From: Thermoanaerobaculia bacterium
GTDB taxonomy: Bacteria > Acidobacteriota > Thermoanaerobaculia > Multivoradales > Multivoraceae
Direction: 5' to 3'
Length of the DNA stretch: 64,000 nt
NCBI GenBank assembly: GCA_963664405.1
Contig: OY761158.1
Span: forward strand, 4,448,001-4,512,000
Part shown: positions 9,919 to 18,835 of the stretch, one piece after another
Layout: every line of letters begins with the position of its first letter
Position numbering within the stretch: position 1 is the first letter of the stretch
Translations under genes and position numbers: made by a program
The notes under the pieces: model-generated
Seen by the model: the letters and a program-made list of their open reading frames with translations, nothing else
What the model was told of the DNA's origin: nothing
Databases searched by the model: none

Positions 9919-10278
9919 GGTTCCAGATCAGTCTAGGAGATAAGAAGATCTACTGTCAAATGGAAGTGCGTGCGCTGCGCACGACCATGTCCGCATAGAC
10001 ACGACCCGCAGATTAGAAAAGACCGCCGCTATCCTGTCCGACCACCTTTTGCAGGGTCTACACGGATCCAGCCTGGAATCAATGACCTAGATCCTTTACG
10101 AGGATTACGAGATTTACGGGGCTCTCTGCCCTCTCTAGGTACGCACAAAGGGCTCGCTCTTCGTGAGCCTCCCGTGGCCAACAAATAGCCTCTCAGCTAT
10201 AATGGGGTGCGAGGAGCACCTTTCTAGAGCGGAAGCCGAGTCTCGTCGCGACTAGGAAAGCAGAGGAGAGAGAGGCGA

Positions 10279-10938
10279 ATGCAGAGGACATCCGAGCGCC
10301 GCGTAGCACGCCGCATTTCGCGACGATCTAAGGTGCGTTACTGGGTCGGGGGGGACTCCTCGCAGGGCCGATACGGCTTTACCAACGACATCTCGTCTAC
10401 CGGAGCCTTCATCGTCACGCCCTACCCCTACAGGCGCGGCACCGAGATGCGCATGGAAGTGATGCACGGGAAGAACCCGTTGACTTTCGAGGCCGTCGTG
10501 ACCCGTCGCGTATGGGTCGCTCCGGACCTACGGCGCTTGGGCCCTTCGGGCATGGGCGTACGCTTCCAGACGCCTGAGGAGTTGGTGGCCAGACTCGGCG
10601 AGCAGGGAGAGGAGGCGAAGTACGGGATGGTCGAGGAGGAAGGCGTCTACCGCATCGCCCTCGACGAGGACCGCGTCCTCCTGGAGGTCTCCGCCAGCGA
10701 GATCGAGCTCGGAGGATTCTTCATTCCCACCGAGAGTCCCCCGCCTTTGAACACGGAGATCACGCTGGAGTTCCAGCCACCGGACGATGCCGAACCGATT
10801 CGAGCGGCGGCCGTGGTGGTGCAAAGAATCCCCGCTGGGCAGGCGCCGGGCGACCAACCGGCAGGCATAGCCGTAGCTGTCGCCGAGCCGGAGCAAGTGC
10901 TCGACCGACTGCGGCCCTACCTCGATTCGACGAGATAG
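10279..10938 (+). CDS. Tandem PilZ-domain protein
   Basis: RxxxR (RRVARR) and NDISSTGAFI, then GMGVRF. A second PilZ-like half reads GGFFIPTESPPPLNTEITLEF...AGIAV. Confidence 0.85.
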   Translation: MQRTSERRVARRISRRSKVRYWVGGDSSQGRYGFTNDISSTGAFIVTPYPYRRGTEMRMEVMHGKNPLTFEAVVTRRVWVAPDLRRLGPSGMGVRFQTPEELVARLGEQGEEAKYGMVEEEGVYRIALDEDRVLLEVSASEIELGGFFIPTESPPPLNTEITLEFQPPDDAEPIRAAAVVVQRIPAGQAPGDQPAGIAVAVAEPEQVLDRLRPYLDSTR

Positions 10939-10961
10939 CGGCGAAGCTGGGTATGAGCCCC

Positions 10962-11768
10962 TGTCGCTCCTCAAAACAGATCCGCCTGTGAAATCAACAG
11001 GTTGGAGCGCGAGTCCTTATCGCCGGGGCGATTGGCTGATGCGTCACCGAACACCTTCCGTCAGCCTGTGCGGCCATGGCCAAGCTCTTTCTCATGGTAG
11101 TCACGATCGTTCTCCGAGCGCTCCGACTCGTCTTTCGGTCGCGGTCCGAGCTTGTTCTAGAGAACATCGCCTTGAAACAGCAGGTCGACGCGCTGAAGCA
11201 GAAGCGACCTCGCCCGCAGCTGGACGACGCCGACCGCGCATTCTGGGTGGCGACGAGAACAGCGTGGAACGGCTGGGCCGAACGCCTCGTCATTGTGAAG
11301 CCGGAGACCGTTGTGAAGTGGCACCGCGAGCGTTTTCGGCGCTACTGGGCCGAGATCTCCCGACACAAGCCGTGCCCAGGGCGGCCGAGAGTGGACAGGG
11401 AGATCCGCGAGCTGATCCGCAGGATGGCTCTGGAAAACAACTGGGGAGCGCCGCGAATTCACGGTGAACTGGAGAAGCTGGGCTTCAGTGTCTCCGAGGC
11501 CACCGTCTCCCGGCACCTGCCGCGACGGCCTGCGAATGCCGATGGGGTCCAACGGTGGTTGAGTTTCCTGCGCAACCACAAGGAATGCATCGCGGCGATG
11601 GACTTCTTCACGGTCCCGACCGCCTCGTTGCGTGTCCTGTACTGCTGGTTTGTCATCCACCACGACCGACGACGGATCCTCCACTTCAACGCCACGTTTA
11701 ACCCGAGCGCCGCCTGGGTCATCCAGCATCTGAGGGAGGCGTTCCAGCAGCGTTCGGCTGGCTGCTAG
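10962..11768 (+). mobile_element. Truncated IS (integrase-core transposase, IS481/IS3-like); CDS 11076-11768
   Basis: Motifs LVLENIALKQQV, VKPETVVKWHR, ENNWGAPRIHGELEKLG and AMDFFTV. It stops at QHLREAF before the rest of the DDE core. The putative end starts TGT at 10962, with an IHF-consensus match at 10992-11004. Confidence 0.8.
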
Positions 11769-11824
11769 GGTGCCAGCCGAATGTTCCGGGGACGCGATGG
11801 CGCCAGGCCGTCAACTTTTTCGGG

Positions 11825-11839
11825 TGGCACCCAGTTAGC
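11825..11839 (+). promoter_or_regulatory. Putative sigma-54 (-24/-12) promoter of rtcB
   Basis: TGGCACCCAGTTAGC has GG-N10-GC spacing and the TGGCAC core, about 70 bp upstream of the rtcB ATG. Confidence 0.55.
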
Positions 11840-11909
11840 CTTCTTCCTGAGGGACTATCGGGCGGCCGCCCGCGTTGGGGACGGGAGAGTGGCTTAGTTG
11901 GAGGAGTCA

Positions 11910-14453
11910 ATGATCTTTGGCGACCATCAACCGAACACCCTAGAGCAGTTCGACGACATCGCCTCAAGAGCTGACCACGCGGCTTTGATGTCGGACGGCC
12001 ATCTCGGCTACATCATGCCTGTCGGTGGGGTCGCCGCGTACAAGGATAGGGTGTCTGTGTCCGGGGTTGGCTACGACATCGCGTGTATCGCTGCCGGCAC
12101 CCCTGTGTCGCTAGGTACGGGATCGACGCTTCCCGTTGAAAGCGTGCCTCCTGGGGGACCGATTGATTGCTGGGATGGCTCTATTCGACGAGCTGATCCG
12201 GTCCTGGGGTCTGCCGAACGTGGCCGAAAGCACGTAGTCCGGCTGACTCTCGCGAACGGCAGGCAGGTCGTCTCGACGCCAGATCACCGAATAATGACCA
12301 CGGACGGCTGGTGTGAAGCCGGCTATACCTCTGGTCAAAGTGTGGCCGTACGCCCGTTTGTCGGTACGCCGTGGCATCACTCCGACAGATCAGTCGAAGA
12401 GGTTCGCATTCTTGCCTATGTGTCAGGAGACGGCCATCTCACGAAAGATGGGAAGCGAGTCTCCATCTATACGACGATAGAGGCTGACGCCACCACTCTT
12501 TGCCGCGAGCTGGCGGTGCTCGGTTTCATGCCGAAGATCTACCGAAGAGATCGCGGAGCGAGGCGAAAGACAGAGATCCACGTATGTACAAACTCGGTCA
12601 TCCTGCATCAGAGGCTAGCCGATCTCGGATCTCCTGTTGGTAAGAAGGCATGGCCCAAAGATCCTATGCCGTGGCTGTTTAGCGAGCCGGCGTGGATTCG
12701 AGCGCAGTTTCTCTCGTCGTTTTTCTCTGCGGAAATGCTCGCTCCGAGACTGTCTCCTGCCGGGTGGATGCCGAATCTCGCAGTCAAGCAAGCTGACCAG
12801 AACGCAATTGAATTTATCGGGAGATTGCTAGATTCTCTGGGGTACGAGACGTCCATTGGCAAGAGTGCATCCAACTGGGTGTTGCAGGTTGTCGGCGGCC
12901 ATGAAGCGGGCTTACTTCTACTGGAGGAGATCGGCTTCTGCCATTGTGCCGAGAAGAGAGTGGCGTCTGCGTATTGCTGCGCTTCCCTATGGGCGGGGCG
13001 CAACCTTGTTGCCAACCGTGAGGCAGCCAAGGCCGAGGCCAGACGACTAACTGCCGCTGGCGTTGGTTACAAAGAAGTGATGTCCGAAGTCTCCAGAGAG
13101 TACGGAGTGACGCAAGGCTTTGTTCGTCATGCGATTTACGACGAGCGCGGAAAGTCGAGACGCCCGCCCGGCCACCAAGCCGACGCGATGAGCACGTTCG
13201 GAGAAATCGTCTGGGTGCCGGTTGTTTCGGTCGAGAGCGATGGACACGCGTCGGTCTTTGATGTCGTCACTGACGACCCTGCGCAGTCGTTCCTGGCGAA
13301 TGGAGTCGTGGTCCACAATTGCGGTAACGCAGCAATTAAGACCGACCTTAACCGCCGGGACTTCGAGGCCGAGGAGTTGGAGGTCATCGCCGACGAGATC
13401 GCGAGCGAGCTCTCCTTCGGCATCGGCAGGAAGAACACCAGCGACGATGCCCCCGCTGGCGCCCCGCTCTTTGAGTCCGATGCCTGGTCAATCATCCCCC
13501 CCAAGCACCGGGGCAACCTCAAGGCTAAGGCTCGCGACCAGCTCGGTACGATCGGCAGCGGCAACCACTACGTTGACGTTTTCTATGATGACTCTGAGGC
13601 CATTTGGGTTGGTGTTCACTTCGGCTCACGAGGCTTCGGGCACACCGTGGCCTCGAGCTTCCTTGCTCTGAGCCAAGGCGGTCGATGGGGCGAGCGAGTC
13701 CCGGAAGCTGAGGCGCTGCTAGACGTGGGCACAGCCCTCGGGCAGAACTATCTCGCGCTCATGGCGCTGGCGGGCGACTACGCCTATGTCGGTCGCGAGT
13801 GGGTTGCTCGCAAGGTCGTCGGCATCCTCGGCGGCAACGAACTCGATCTCGTCCACAATCACCATAATTTCGCCTGGAAAGAGACGCACTTCGGCCAGGA
13901 GTACTACGTTGTGCGCAAAGGCGCGACGCCGGCGTTCCCCGGACAGCGCGGCTTCGTGGGTGGCTCGATGGGCGACGACTCGGTCATCCTGCGAGGGAAC
14001 GAACACCCGAACCCAACCCAGGCGATGGCTCTCCACTCGACCGTCCACGGTGCCGGCAGAGTCATGAGTCGCACCGAGGCCGCCGGCAAGACTAGGCGCC
14101 GGAAAGTCTGGTCGTGTGGACAGCGCGACTGCGCCCTCGAAATTCCCTTCGGTCAGGTCTCGAGGGGGAGCGATGGGTCTAACCCGCGCTGCAAGAACTG
14201 CGGGTCGAAAATGAACCTCCGAAAGTTCCGCGAGACGAAGACCGGCAAGGTCTCCCCGAAAATGATGCGCGACTGGCTCGACGAGAAGGGCGTCATCCTG
14301 CGCGGCGGTGGCCTCGATGAGTCGCCTCACGCCTACCGCCGACTGCCCGACGTACTCGCAGCCCAAGGCGACACCATCATCGTCGAGCACGTCTTGCACC
14401 CGCTGATCGTTGTGATGGCTGGGGCGGATGAATTCGACCCATACAAGGACTAG
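11910..14453 (+). CDS. rtcB: RtcB RNA ligase containing an intein
   Basis: RBS GGAGGAG. Motifs DGHLGYIMPVGGV, GVGYDIA/CGN, LGTIGSGNHYVD, VHFGSRG, VHNHHNFAW, VRKGATPA, HGAGRVMSR, DESPHAYRRL and a terminal DPYKD. Confidence 0.95.
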   Translation: MIFGDHQPNTLEQFDDIASRADHAALMSDGHLGYIMPVGGVAAYKDRVSVSGVGYDIACIAAGTPVSLGTGSTLPVESVPPGGPIDCWDGSIRRADPVLGSAERGRKHVVRLTLANGRQVVSTPDHRIMTTDGWCEAGYTSGQSVAVRPFVGTPWHHSDRSVEEVRILAYVSGDGHLTKDGKRVSIYTTIEADATTLCRELAVLGFMPKIYRRDRGARRKTEIHVCTNSVILHQRLADLGSPVGKKAWPKDPMPWLFSEPAWIRAQFLSSFFSAEMLAPRLSPAGWMPNLAVKQADQNAIEFIGRLLDSLGYETSIGKSASNWVLQVVGGHEAGLLLLEEIGFCHCAEKRVASAYCCASLWAGRNLVANREAAKAEARRLTAAGVGYKEVMSEVSREYGVTQGFVRHAIYDERGKSRRPPGHQADAMSTFGEIVWVPVVSVESDGHASVFDVVTDDPAQSFLANGVVVHNCGNAAIKTDLNRRDFEAEELEVIADEIASELSFGIGRKNTSDDAPAGAPLFESDAWSIIPPKHRGNLKAKARDQLGTIGSGNHYVDVFYDDSEAIWVGVHFGSRGFGHTVASSFLALSQGGRWGERVPEAEALLDVGTALGQNYLALMALAGDYAYVGREWVARKVVGILGGNELDLVHNHHNFAWKETHFGQEYYVVRKGATPAFPGQRGFVGGSMGDDSVILRGNEHPNPTQAMALHSTVHGAGRVMSRTEAAGKTRRRKVWSCGQRDCALEIPFGQVSRGSDGSNPRCKNCGSKMNLRKFRETKTGKVSPKMMRDWLDEKGVILRGGGLDESPHAYRRLPDVLAAQGDTIIVEHVLHPLIVVMAGADEFDPYKD
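12084..13319 (+). mobile_element. Intein (412 aa) with LAGLIDADG homing endonuclease inside RtcB
   Basis: It begins CIAAGTPV. Block B is TPDHRIMT, and the endonuclease blocks are LAYVSGDG and FLSSFFSAE. Block F/G is VFDV...SFLANGVVVHN, followed by the extein Cys. Confidence 0.93.
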
Positions 14454-14624
14454 ATGCCTAGCTTCTCTTCCACGCCATCAATCGCAGCCGGCCTGGGGCC
14501 CTCCACTGAATGAGCATAGCGAGCCACCCTTGGGTAAGTCTTGATCCCAAGTGCGTGTTTAGTGTCGCGAGGTTGGCCCCCGTAGCCTTCGGCTGCTTGG
14601 GTGGCACCTCGTGGTCAGCTGATT

Positions 14625-14643
14625 CTGCCGACTAGCCCTGCAC
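14625..14643 (+). repeat. 19-bp dispersed motif CTGCCGANTAGCCCTGCAC, copy 1 of 3
   Basis: Identical except at one position to copies at 18016-18034 and 18749-18767. Confidence 0.75.
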
Positions 14644-14667
14644 CCTGGCTCGCGAGAGCTGCCACAC

Positions 14668-15915
14668 TCAGCCGATGTCGACGGCGCGCCGGAGGCTCCG
14701 GCGTGACTGGCTGGCCCGCCCGACACGCTGGATTGCGAGGACGAGGGCGGCGGTACGAAAGGCGACGCTCTTCTCTGTCGCTACCGCTTTGACATCGCGA
14801 TAAGCCTTGCGCATCTTGGTCTCGAGCTCTCGGTTCACGCGATCGAGATCCCACCGAAAGCGCTGGATGTTCTGTGCCCACTCGAAGTAGCTCACCGTAA
14901 CGCCGCCCGCGTTGGCCAGGATGTCGGGAACGATGACCACCCCGCGGTCGGCTAGGAGGGTGTCGGCCGCGGGCGTCGTGGGACCGTTGGCCGCTTCGAC
15001 GACGACCGAGGCCTTGACGTCGGCCGCGTTCTCTTCGGTCAGCACTCCCCCTAGCGCCGCGGGAATGAGGACGTCGGCGTCCCAGGCCAGAACTGCCGAC
15101 GACTCGAAGGCCTCGCCGCCTTCAAAGCCGGCAACCGTTCGGTGTTCAGCGACCCACTCGCTGAGGGCCCGGACGTCGAGTCCGCCCTCGTTGGCGATGC
15201 CGCCGGCATGGTCCCCCACAGCGACGATCTTGGCCCCGCGCTCCGCCATCAGGCGGGCGGCGTGGCTTCCGACGTTGCCGAAACCCTGAAGGGCGACTGT
15301 CACATCGGCGAGGCTACGACCCTGATCGGAGAGCACTTCCTCGAGGATGTACATGACGCCGCGCCCGGTGGCTTCTTCCCGGCCCTCCGACCCGTGAAGG
15401 TCGAGGGACTTCCCCGTCACGACGCCGGGCGAGAAGCCGTTGTATTTGGAGTACTCGTCCATGATCCAGCCCATCACTTGCGCATTGGTGTTGACGTCAG
15501 GGGCTGGGATGTCGAGGTTCGGGCCGATGATCTCCTTGATGCAGCTGACGAAGGTCCGGGTGATTCCTTGCAGCTCCATTCTCGAGAGCTTCCAGGGGTC
15601 GCAGTTGATCCCTCCCTTGGCACCTCCGAAGGGAATGTCCACGACTGCAGTTTTCCAGGTCATGAGACTGGCAAGCGCAGAAGCGTCGTCTTCGTCGACG
15701 GTCGGGTGGTATCGCAGTCCACCCTTCATGGGGCCCCGGGAGTCGTTGTGTTGAACCCGGTAGCCCAGATGATGGAGAAGCTCGCCATCGTCGCCCTCGG
15801 TGACGATTTCGACCTTCACGATCCGTTTTGGGGTGGTGAGGATCGTTCGCAGCTTCTCGGAGAGGTCCAGAACGTCCGCGGCCTGGCTGAAGTAGTGGCG
15901 GGTCTCTTCGAGCAT
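14668..15915 (-). CDS. gdhA: Glu/Leu/Phe/Val dehydrogenase (glutamate dehydrogenase-like)
   Basis: RGPMKGGLRYHP, MTWKTA, PFGGAKGG, DIPAPDVNT, VVTGK, GREEATGRG, QGFGNVG and PDILANAGGVTVSYFEW. Confidence 0.93.
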   Translation of the reverse strand: MLEETRHYFSQAADVLDLSEKLRTILTTPKRIVKVEIVTEGDDGELLHHLGYRVQHNDSRGPMKGGLRYHPTVDEDDASALASLMTWKTAVVDIPFGGAKGGINCDPWKLSRMELQGITRTFVSCIKEIIGPNLDIPAPDVNTNAQVMGWIMDEYSKYNGFSPGVVTGKSLDLHGSEGREEATGRGVMYILEEVLSDQGRSLADVTVALQGFGNVGSHAARLMAERGAKIVAVGDHAGGIANEGGLDVRALSEWVAEHRTVAGFEGGEAFESSAVLAWDADVLIPAALGGVLTEENAADVKASVVVEAANGPTTPAADTLLADRGVVIVPDILANAGGVTVSYFEWAQNIQRFRWDLDRVNRELETKMRKAYRDVKAVATEKSVAFRTAALVLAIQRVGRASQSRRSLRRAVDIG

Positions 15916-16086
15916 TTCATCCCCCTAGTTGTTCTTGGCGAGGCTTGGATTGTACCCGCAACCTTCGGCTGATGTAGGTGCTGGCCTCCCGGTGCCGCAG
16001 CCGTGCGGCCTCTGGACCCAGACGCCAAGATGCTCCCCAAAAGTACCACGCGAATAGTTCAGGCCCTGAGGTAACCTCACCCCATT

Positions 16087-16983
16087 ATGACGAACGCACT
16101 GGAACACCCCGGAAAGCTCGGCGTCTGGACCGGGATCGATGGCTACACTTCGGCGGAGGCCGCCGAGTTCGTCCAGCAGTTGGAGAAGTGGGAGTACAGC
16201 ACTCTGTGGATTCCGGAGGCGGTCGGGCGCGATCCTTTCTCGATGATCGGCTTTCTTGCCGCTCACACCGAGAAGCTCGTCTACGCGACAGGCATTGCCA
16301 ACATCTACGCCCGCGACGCGATTCTCGCCAAGGCGATCAAGCAGACTCTGGCCGAAATGCTGCCGGGGCGCTTCATCCTCGGGCTGGGTGTCTCTCATCC
16401 ACATCTCGTTTCTCGGCTGCGCGGGCACGAGTGGCTGCCGCCGGTTGCGAAGATGCGGGAGTATCTGGAGGCGATCGAGGCGGGGCTCTATATGGGGCCC
16501 TCTCCGGAGCACGAGGCGCCGATCGTGATCGCGGCTCTGCGCCCGCTGATGCTGAAGCTGGCGCGCGAGGCGGCGCGAGGCGCCCACCCCTATCTCGTGA
16601 CACCGGAGCACACCCGCAGGGCACGAGAGATTCTGGGCGACGGCCCCTGGTTGTGCCCAGAGCAGAAGCTGATTTTGGAGACCGACGCCGACACCGCCCG
16701 GGGCATCGCACGCGCGGCCCTCAAGGTCTACCTACGTGCGCCGAATTATCAGAACAGCCTGCTCGAGCTGGGGTTCAGCGCCGAGGATTTTGCCGAAGGC
16801 GTGGCGTCGGACGCACTTGTCGACGCGCTTGTCGTCTGGGGCGACGAGGAGGCTCTTCGAGCGCGTATCCAGGAGCATTGGGACTCAGGAGCCGACCACG
16901 TCTGCATCCAAGCAATCCGTAGCGACGGCAAGCCAGGGCCCGATCTCAGAGCCTTGGAGCTTCTGGCTCCTGAGGCCGGCTAG
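16087..16983 (+). CDS. LLM-class (F420-dependent) oxidoreductase
   Basis: TLWIPEA, ATGIANIYARD, GRFILGLGVSH, AALRPLML, GAHPYLVTPEHT and GADHVCIQ. Confidence 0.88.
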   Translation: MTNALEHPGKLGVWTGIDGYTSAEAAEFVQQLEKWEYSTLWIPEAVGRDPFSMIGFLAAHTEKLVYATGIANIYARDAILAKAIKQTLAEMLPGRFILGLGVSHPHLVSRLRGHEWLPPVAKMREYLEAIEAGLYMGPSPEHEAPIVIAALRPLMLKLAREAARGAHPYLVTPEHTRRAREILGDGPWLCPEQKLILETDADTARGIARAALKVYLRAPNYQNSLLELGFSAEDFAEGVASDALVDALVVWGDEEALRARIQEHWDSGADHVCIQAIRSDGKPGPDLRALELLAPEAG

Positions 16984-16987
16984 AGCT

Positions 16988-17986
16988 GTGAGACGCTCAC
17001 TGTTGCTCGTTGCACTTCTCGCCCTGTTGGCCTGCAGCCGGAGCTCTCCGGCGCCGGCGCCGGTGCTCAGCGAGCCAGCAGCTTCGTCGGACGACCGACA
17101 GGCGGCGACCGTCACCATACTCACGACCAACGCGGCCGACATGGTTGGCAAGGGCGAATGGAGCTTCGCGGCCTGGGTCGAAACGTCGGAGGGGGCGCTG
17201 CTCTTCGACACCGGCTGGTCGCCACGCAATGTCCTGGAGAATGCCGAGGCGTTGGGGATCGATCTCTCAGTTGCTGAGAATCTGGTCCTGAGCCACCACC
17301 ACGGCGATCACACGGGGGGGCTCGTTACCCTGCGCCGCGAGCTCATGAAACGCAATCCGAAGGCGCTGTCGCGGATTCACGTGGCCGAAGGAATCTTCAC
17401 CTCCCGGCCGGGGTCCGGAGGCTCGGAGCGCAATCCGATGCTCGCGGCGCGCGCCGAGATCGAAGCGACAGGGGCCGAGTTCATCATTCACGAAGAGCCG
17501 GCCGAGATCGCGCCAGGCGTCTGGGTCACAGGACCCGTTCCGCGCGTGCATGACGAGCGTACCTACCCTCGTGGCCCCGAGCGGATTCTCGAAGAGGCCG
17601 GCGAGATCCGTCCCGACACGGTTCCAGAGAGCCAGTCGCTCTTGGTCGTTGCCGAAGGCGGCCCCATCCTGGTCTCGGGGTGCGGCCACGCCGGTCTCAT
17701 CAACACCCTGGAGTACTCTCGTGGCCGGATCGTCGACGAGCCGGTCCAGAGCGCGATCGGCGGTTTTCATCTCTTTGCCGCTGACGACGAGGTGCTGCAG
17801 TGGACGGCCGAGCGGGCGTCGGATGCAGGCCTCGGCGGATTCCTGGGCTCCCACTGCACAGGTTTCGAGAGCGTCTACCGCATCCGCGATCTGGCCGGCC
17901 TGAGCCGCGACAGCGCGCGTGTCGGTGCGATCGGAACCCGCTACGTGGCCGGAAGCGGTATCGTGCCGGGGGCGATCAACCGATAA
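16988..17986 (+). CDS. Metallo-beta-lactamase-fold hydrolase, lipoprotein
   Basis: GTG start and lipobox LLALLAC. Motifs GEWSFAA, LLFDTG, LSHHHGDHTGG, SGCGHAG, IGGFHL and SHCTG. Confidence 0.88.
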   Translation: MRRSLLLVALLALLACSRSSPAPAPVLSEPAASSDDRQAATVTILTTNAADMVGKGEWSFAAWVETSEGALLFDTGWSPRNVLENAEALGIDLSVAENLVLSHHHGDHTGGLVTLRRELMKRNPKALSRIHVAEGIFTSRPGSGGSERNPMLAARAEIEATGAEFIIHEEPAEIAPGVWVTGPVPRVHDERTYPRGPERILEEAGEIRPDTVPESQSLLVVAEGGPILVSGCGHAGLINTLEYSRGRIVDEPVQSAIGGFHLFAADDEVLQWTAERASDAGLGGFLGSHCTGFESVYRIRDLAGLSRDSARVGAIGTRYVAGSGIVPGAINR

Positions 17987-18015
17987 GAGCGGCGCCCTCG
18001 TGCGCGAGACTTGCC

Positions 18016-18034
18016 CTGCCGAGTAGCCCTGCAC
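18016..18034 (+). repeat. 19-bp dispersed motif, copy 2
   Basis: ctgccgagtagccctgcac, 30 bp after the MBL stop. Confidence 0.75.
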
Positions 18035-18050
18035 CTTTTCTCTCGCTTGC

Positions 18051-18217
18051 ACTAGACCAGCGTTTCCGAAGTTCGCGCACAGTTCTCGGCCCCTTCTGCC
18101 CGCTGGCGGCGTTGCGCCTCCTCGACATAGTCCCTGCTATGCCTGCGTCGGCGCGCCTTGCCAGCGAACAGAATGACCTCGAGCTCTGTACACGAACTTC
18201 GGAAACGCTGGTCTAGT
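18051..18217. mobile_element. MITE (167 bp) with ~32-bp terminal inverted repeats
   Basis: actagaccagcgtttccgaagttcgcgcacag ... ctgtacacgaacttcggaaacgctggtctagt (2 mismatches). CTAG at both ends, internal self-complementarity and no transposase. Confidence 0.85.
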
Positions 18218-18240
18218 CTCAATACGAATCGGAGGGAGTG

Positions 18241-18759
18241 ATGCGCACTTTGTCGATGGCGGTCGTCGGGTTGGTGGCGTTTGTTGTGGAGGCGCTGGCT
18301 CAATCGGGCGGGCGGCCAGCCATCGAACATCTGGCCTTCGAGGTCGAGGGTCACGGTGAGATGACCTACGGCATCTCCTTACCGGCCGGGGACGATCGGA
18401 CGCGCGTCCTGGTGACCGGATTCAGCCTCGGCGGCCGCGGCACCTGGTTCTTTGCCACCGGCCATCCTGAGCTCTTTACCGGCGCAATTTCGATCGCGGG
18501 GTCACCCGCTAACGAGCCACTCGACGCACTCGGTGACATGCCTATCGCGATCATTCACAGCCGCGCAGACGAGGTCGTCCCGTTCGGACCGGCCGAGGCG
18601 GCCGCCCAGGCGCTCGAGGCCGCAAAGCACCCCGTGCGCTTCACCGTGCTCGAAGGGGTTGGGCACTTCGCGATGGGAGGCTATGTGAGCGCTCTCCGCG
18701 ACGCTGGCGACTGGATTGTCGAGCAGTGGGACGGCCGCAAGCTCGGTTCTGCCGATTAG
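18241..18759 (+). pseudogene. Secreted alpha/beta hydrolase (phospholipase/carboxylesterase-like), apparently internally deleted
   Basis: Signal peptide, nucleophile elbow GFSLGG, IHSRADEVVP and GVGH. YGISLPAGD abuts DRTRVLVTG, so the usual oxyanion strand region is absent. Confidence 0.6.
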
Positions 18760-18767
18760 CCCTGCAC
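18749..18767 (+). repeat. 19-bp dispersed motif, copy 3
   Basis: ctgccgattagccctgcac. Its TAG is the stop codon of the hydrolase ORF. Confidence 0.75.
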
Positions 18768-18835
18768 TTCCTAGCTGGGCCCCGCTCGTAGCAGCGCTGT
18801 GGGAGACTTCAGAGATCTCTTCAAAGGAGGTCTCC

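Noticed and set aside
10096-10120. ttacgag/ttacggg triple repeat
   Set aside because: It is too short and isolated to assign a function.
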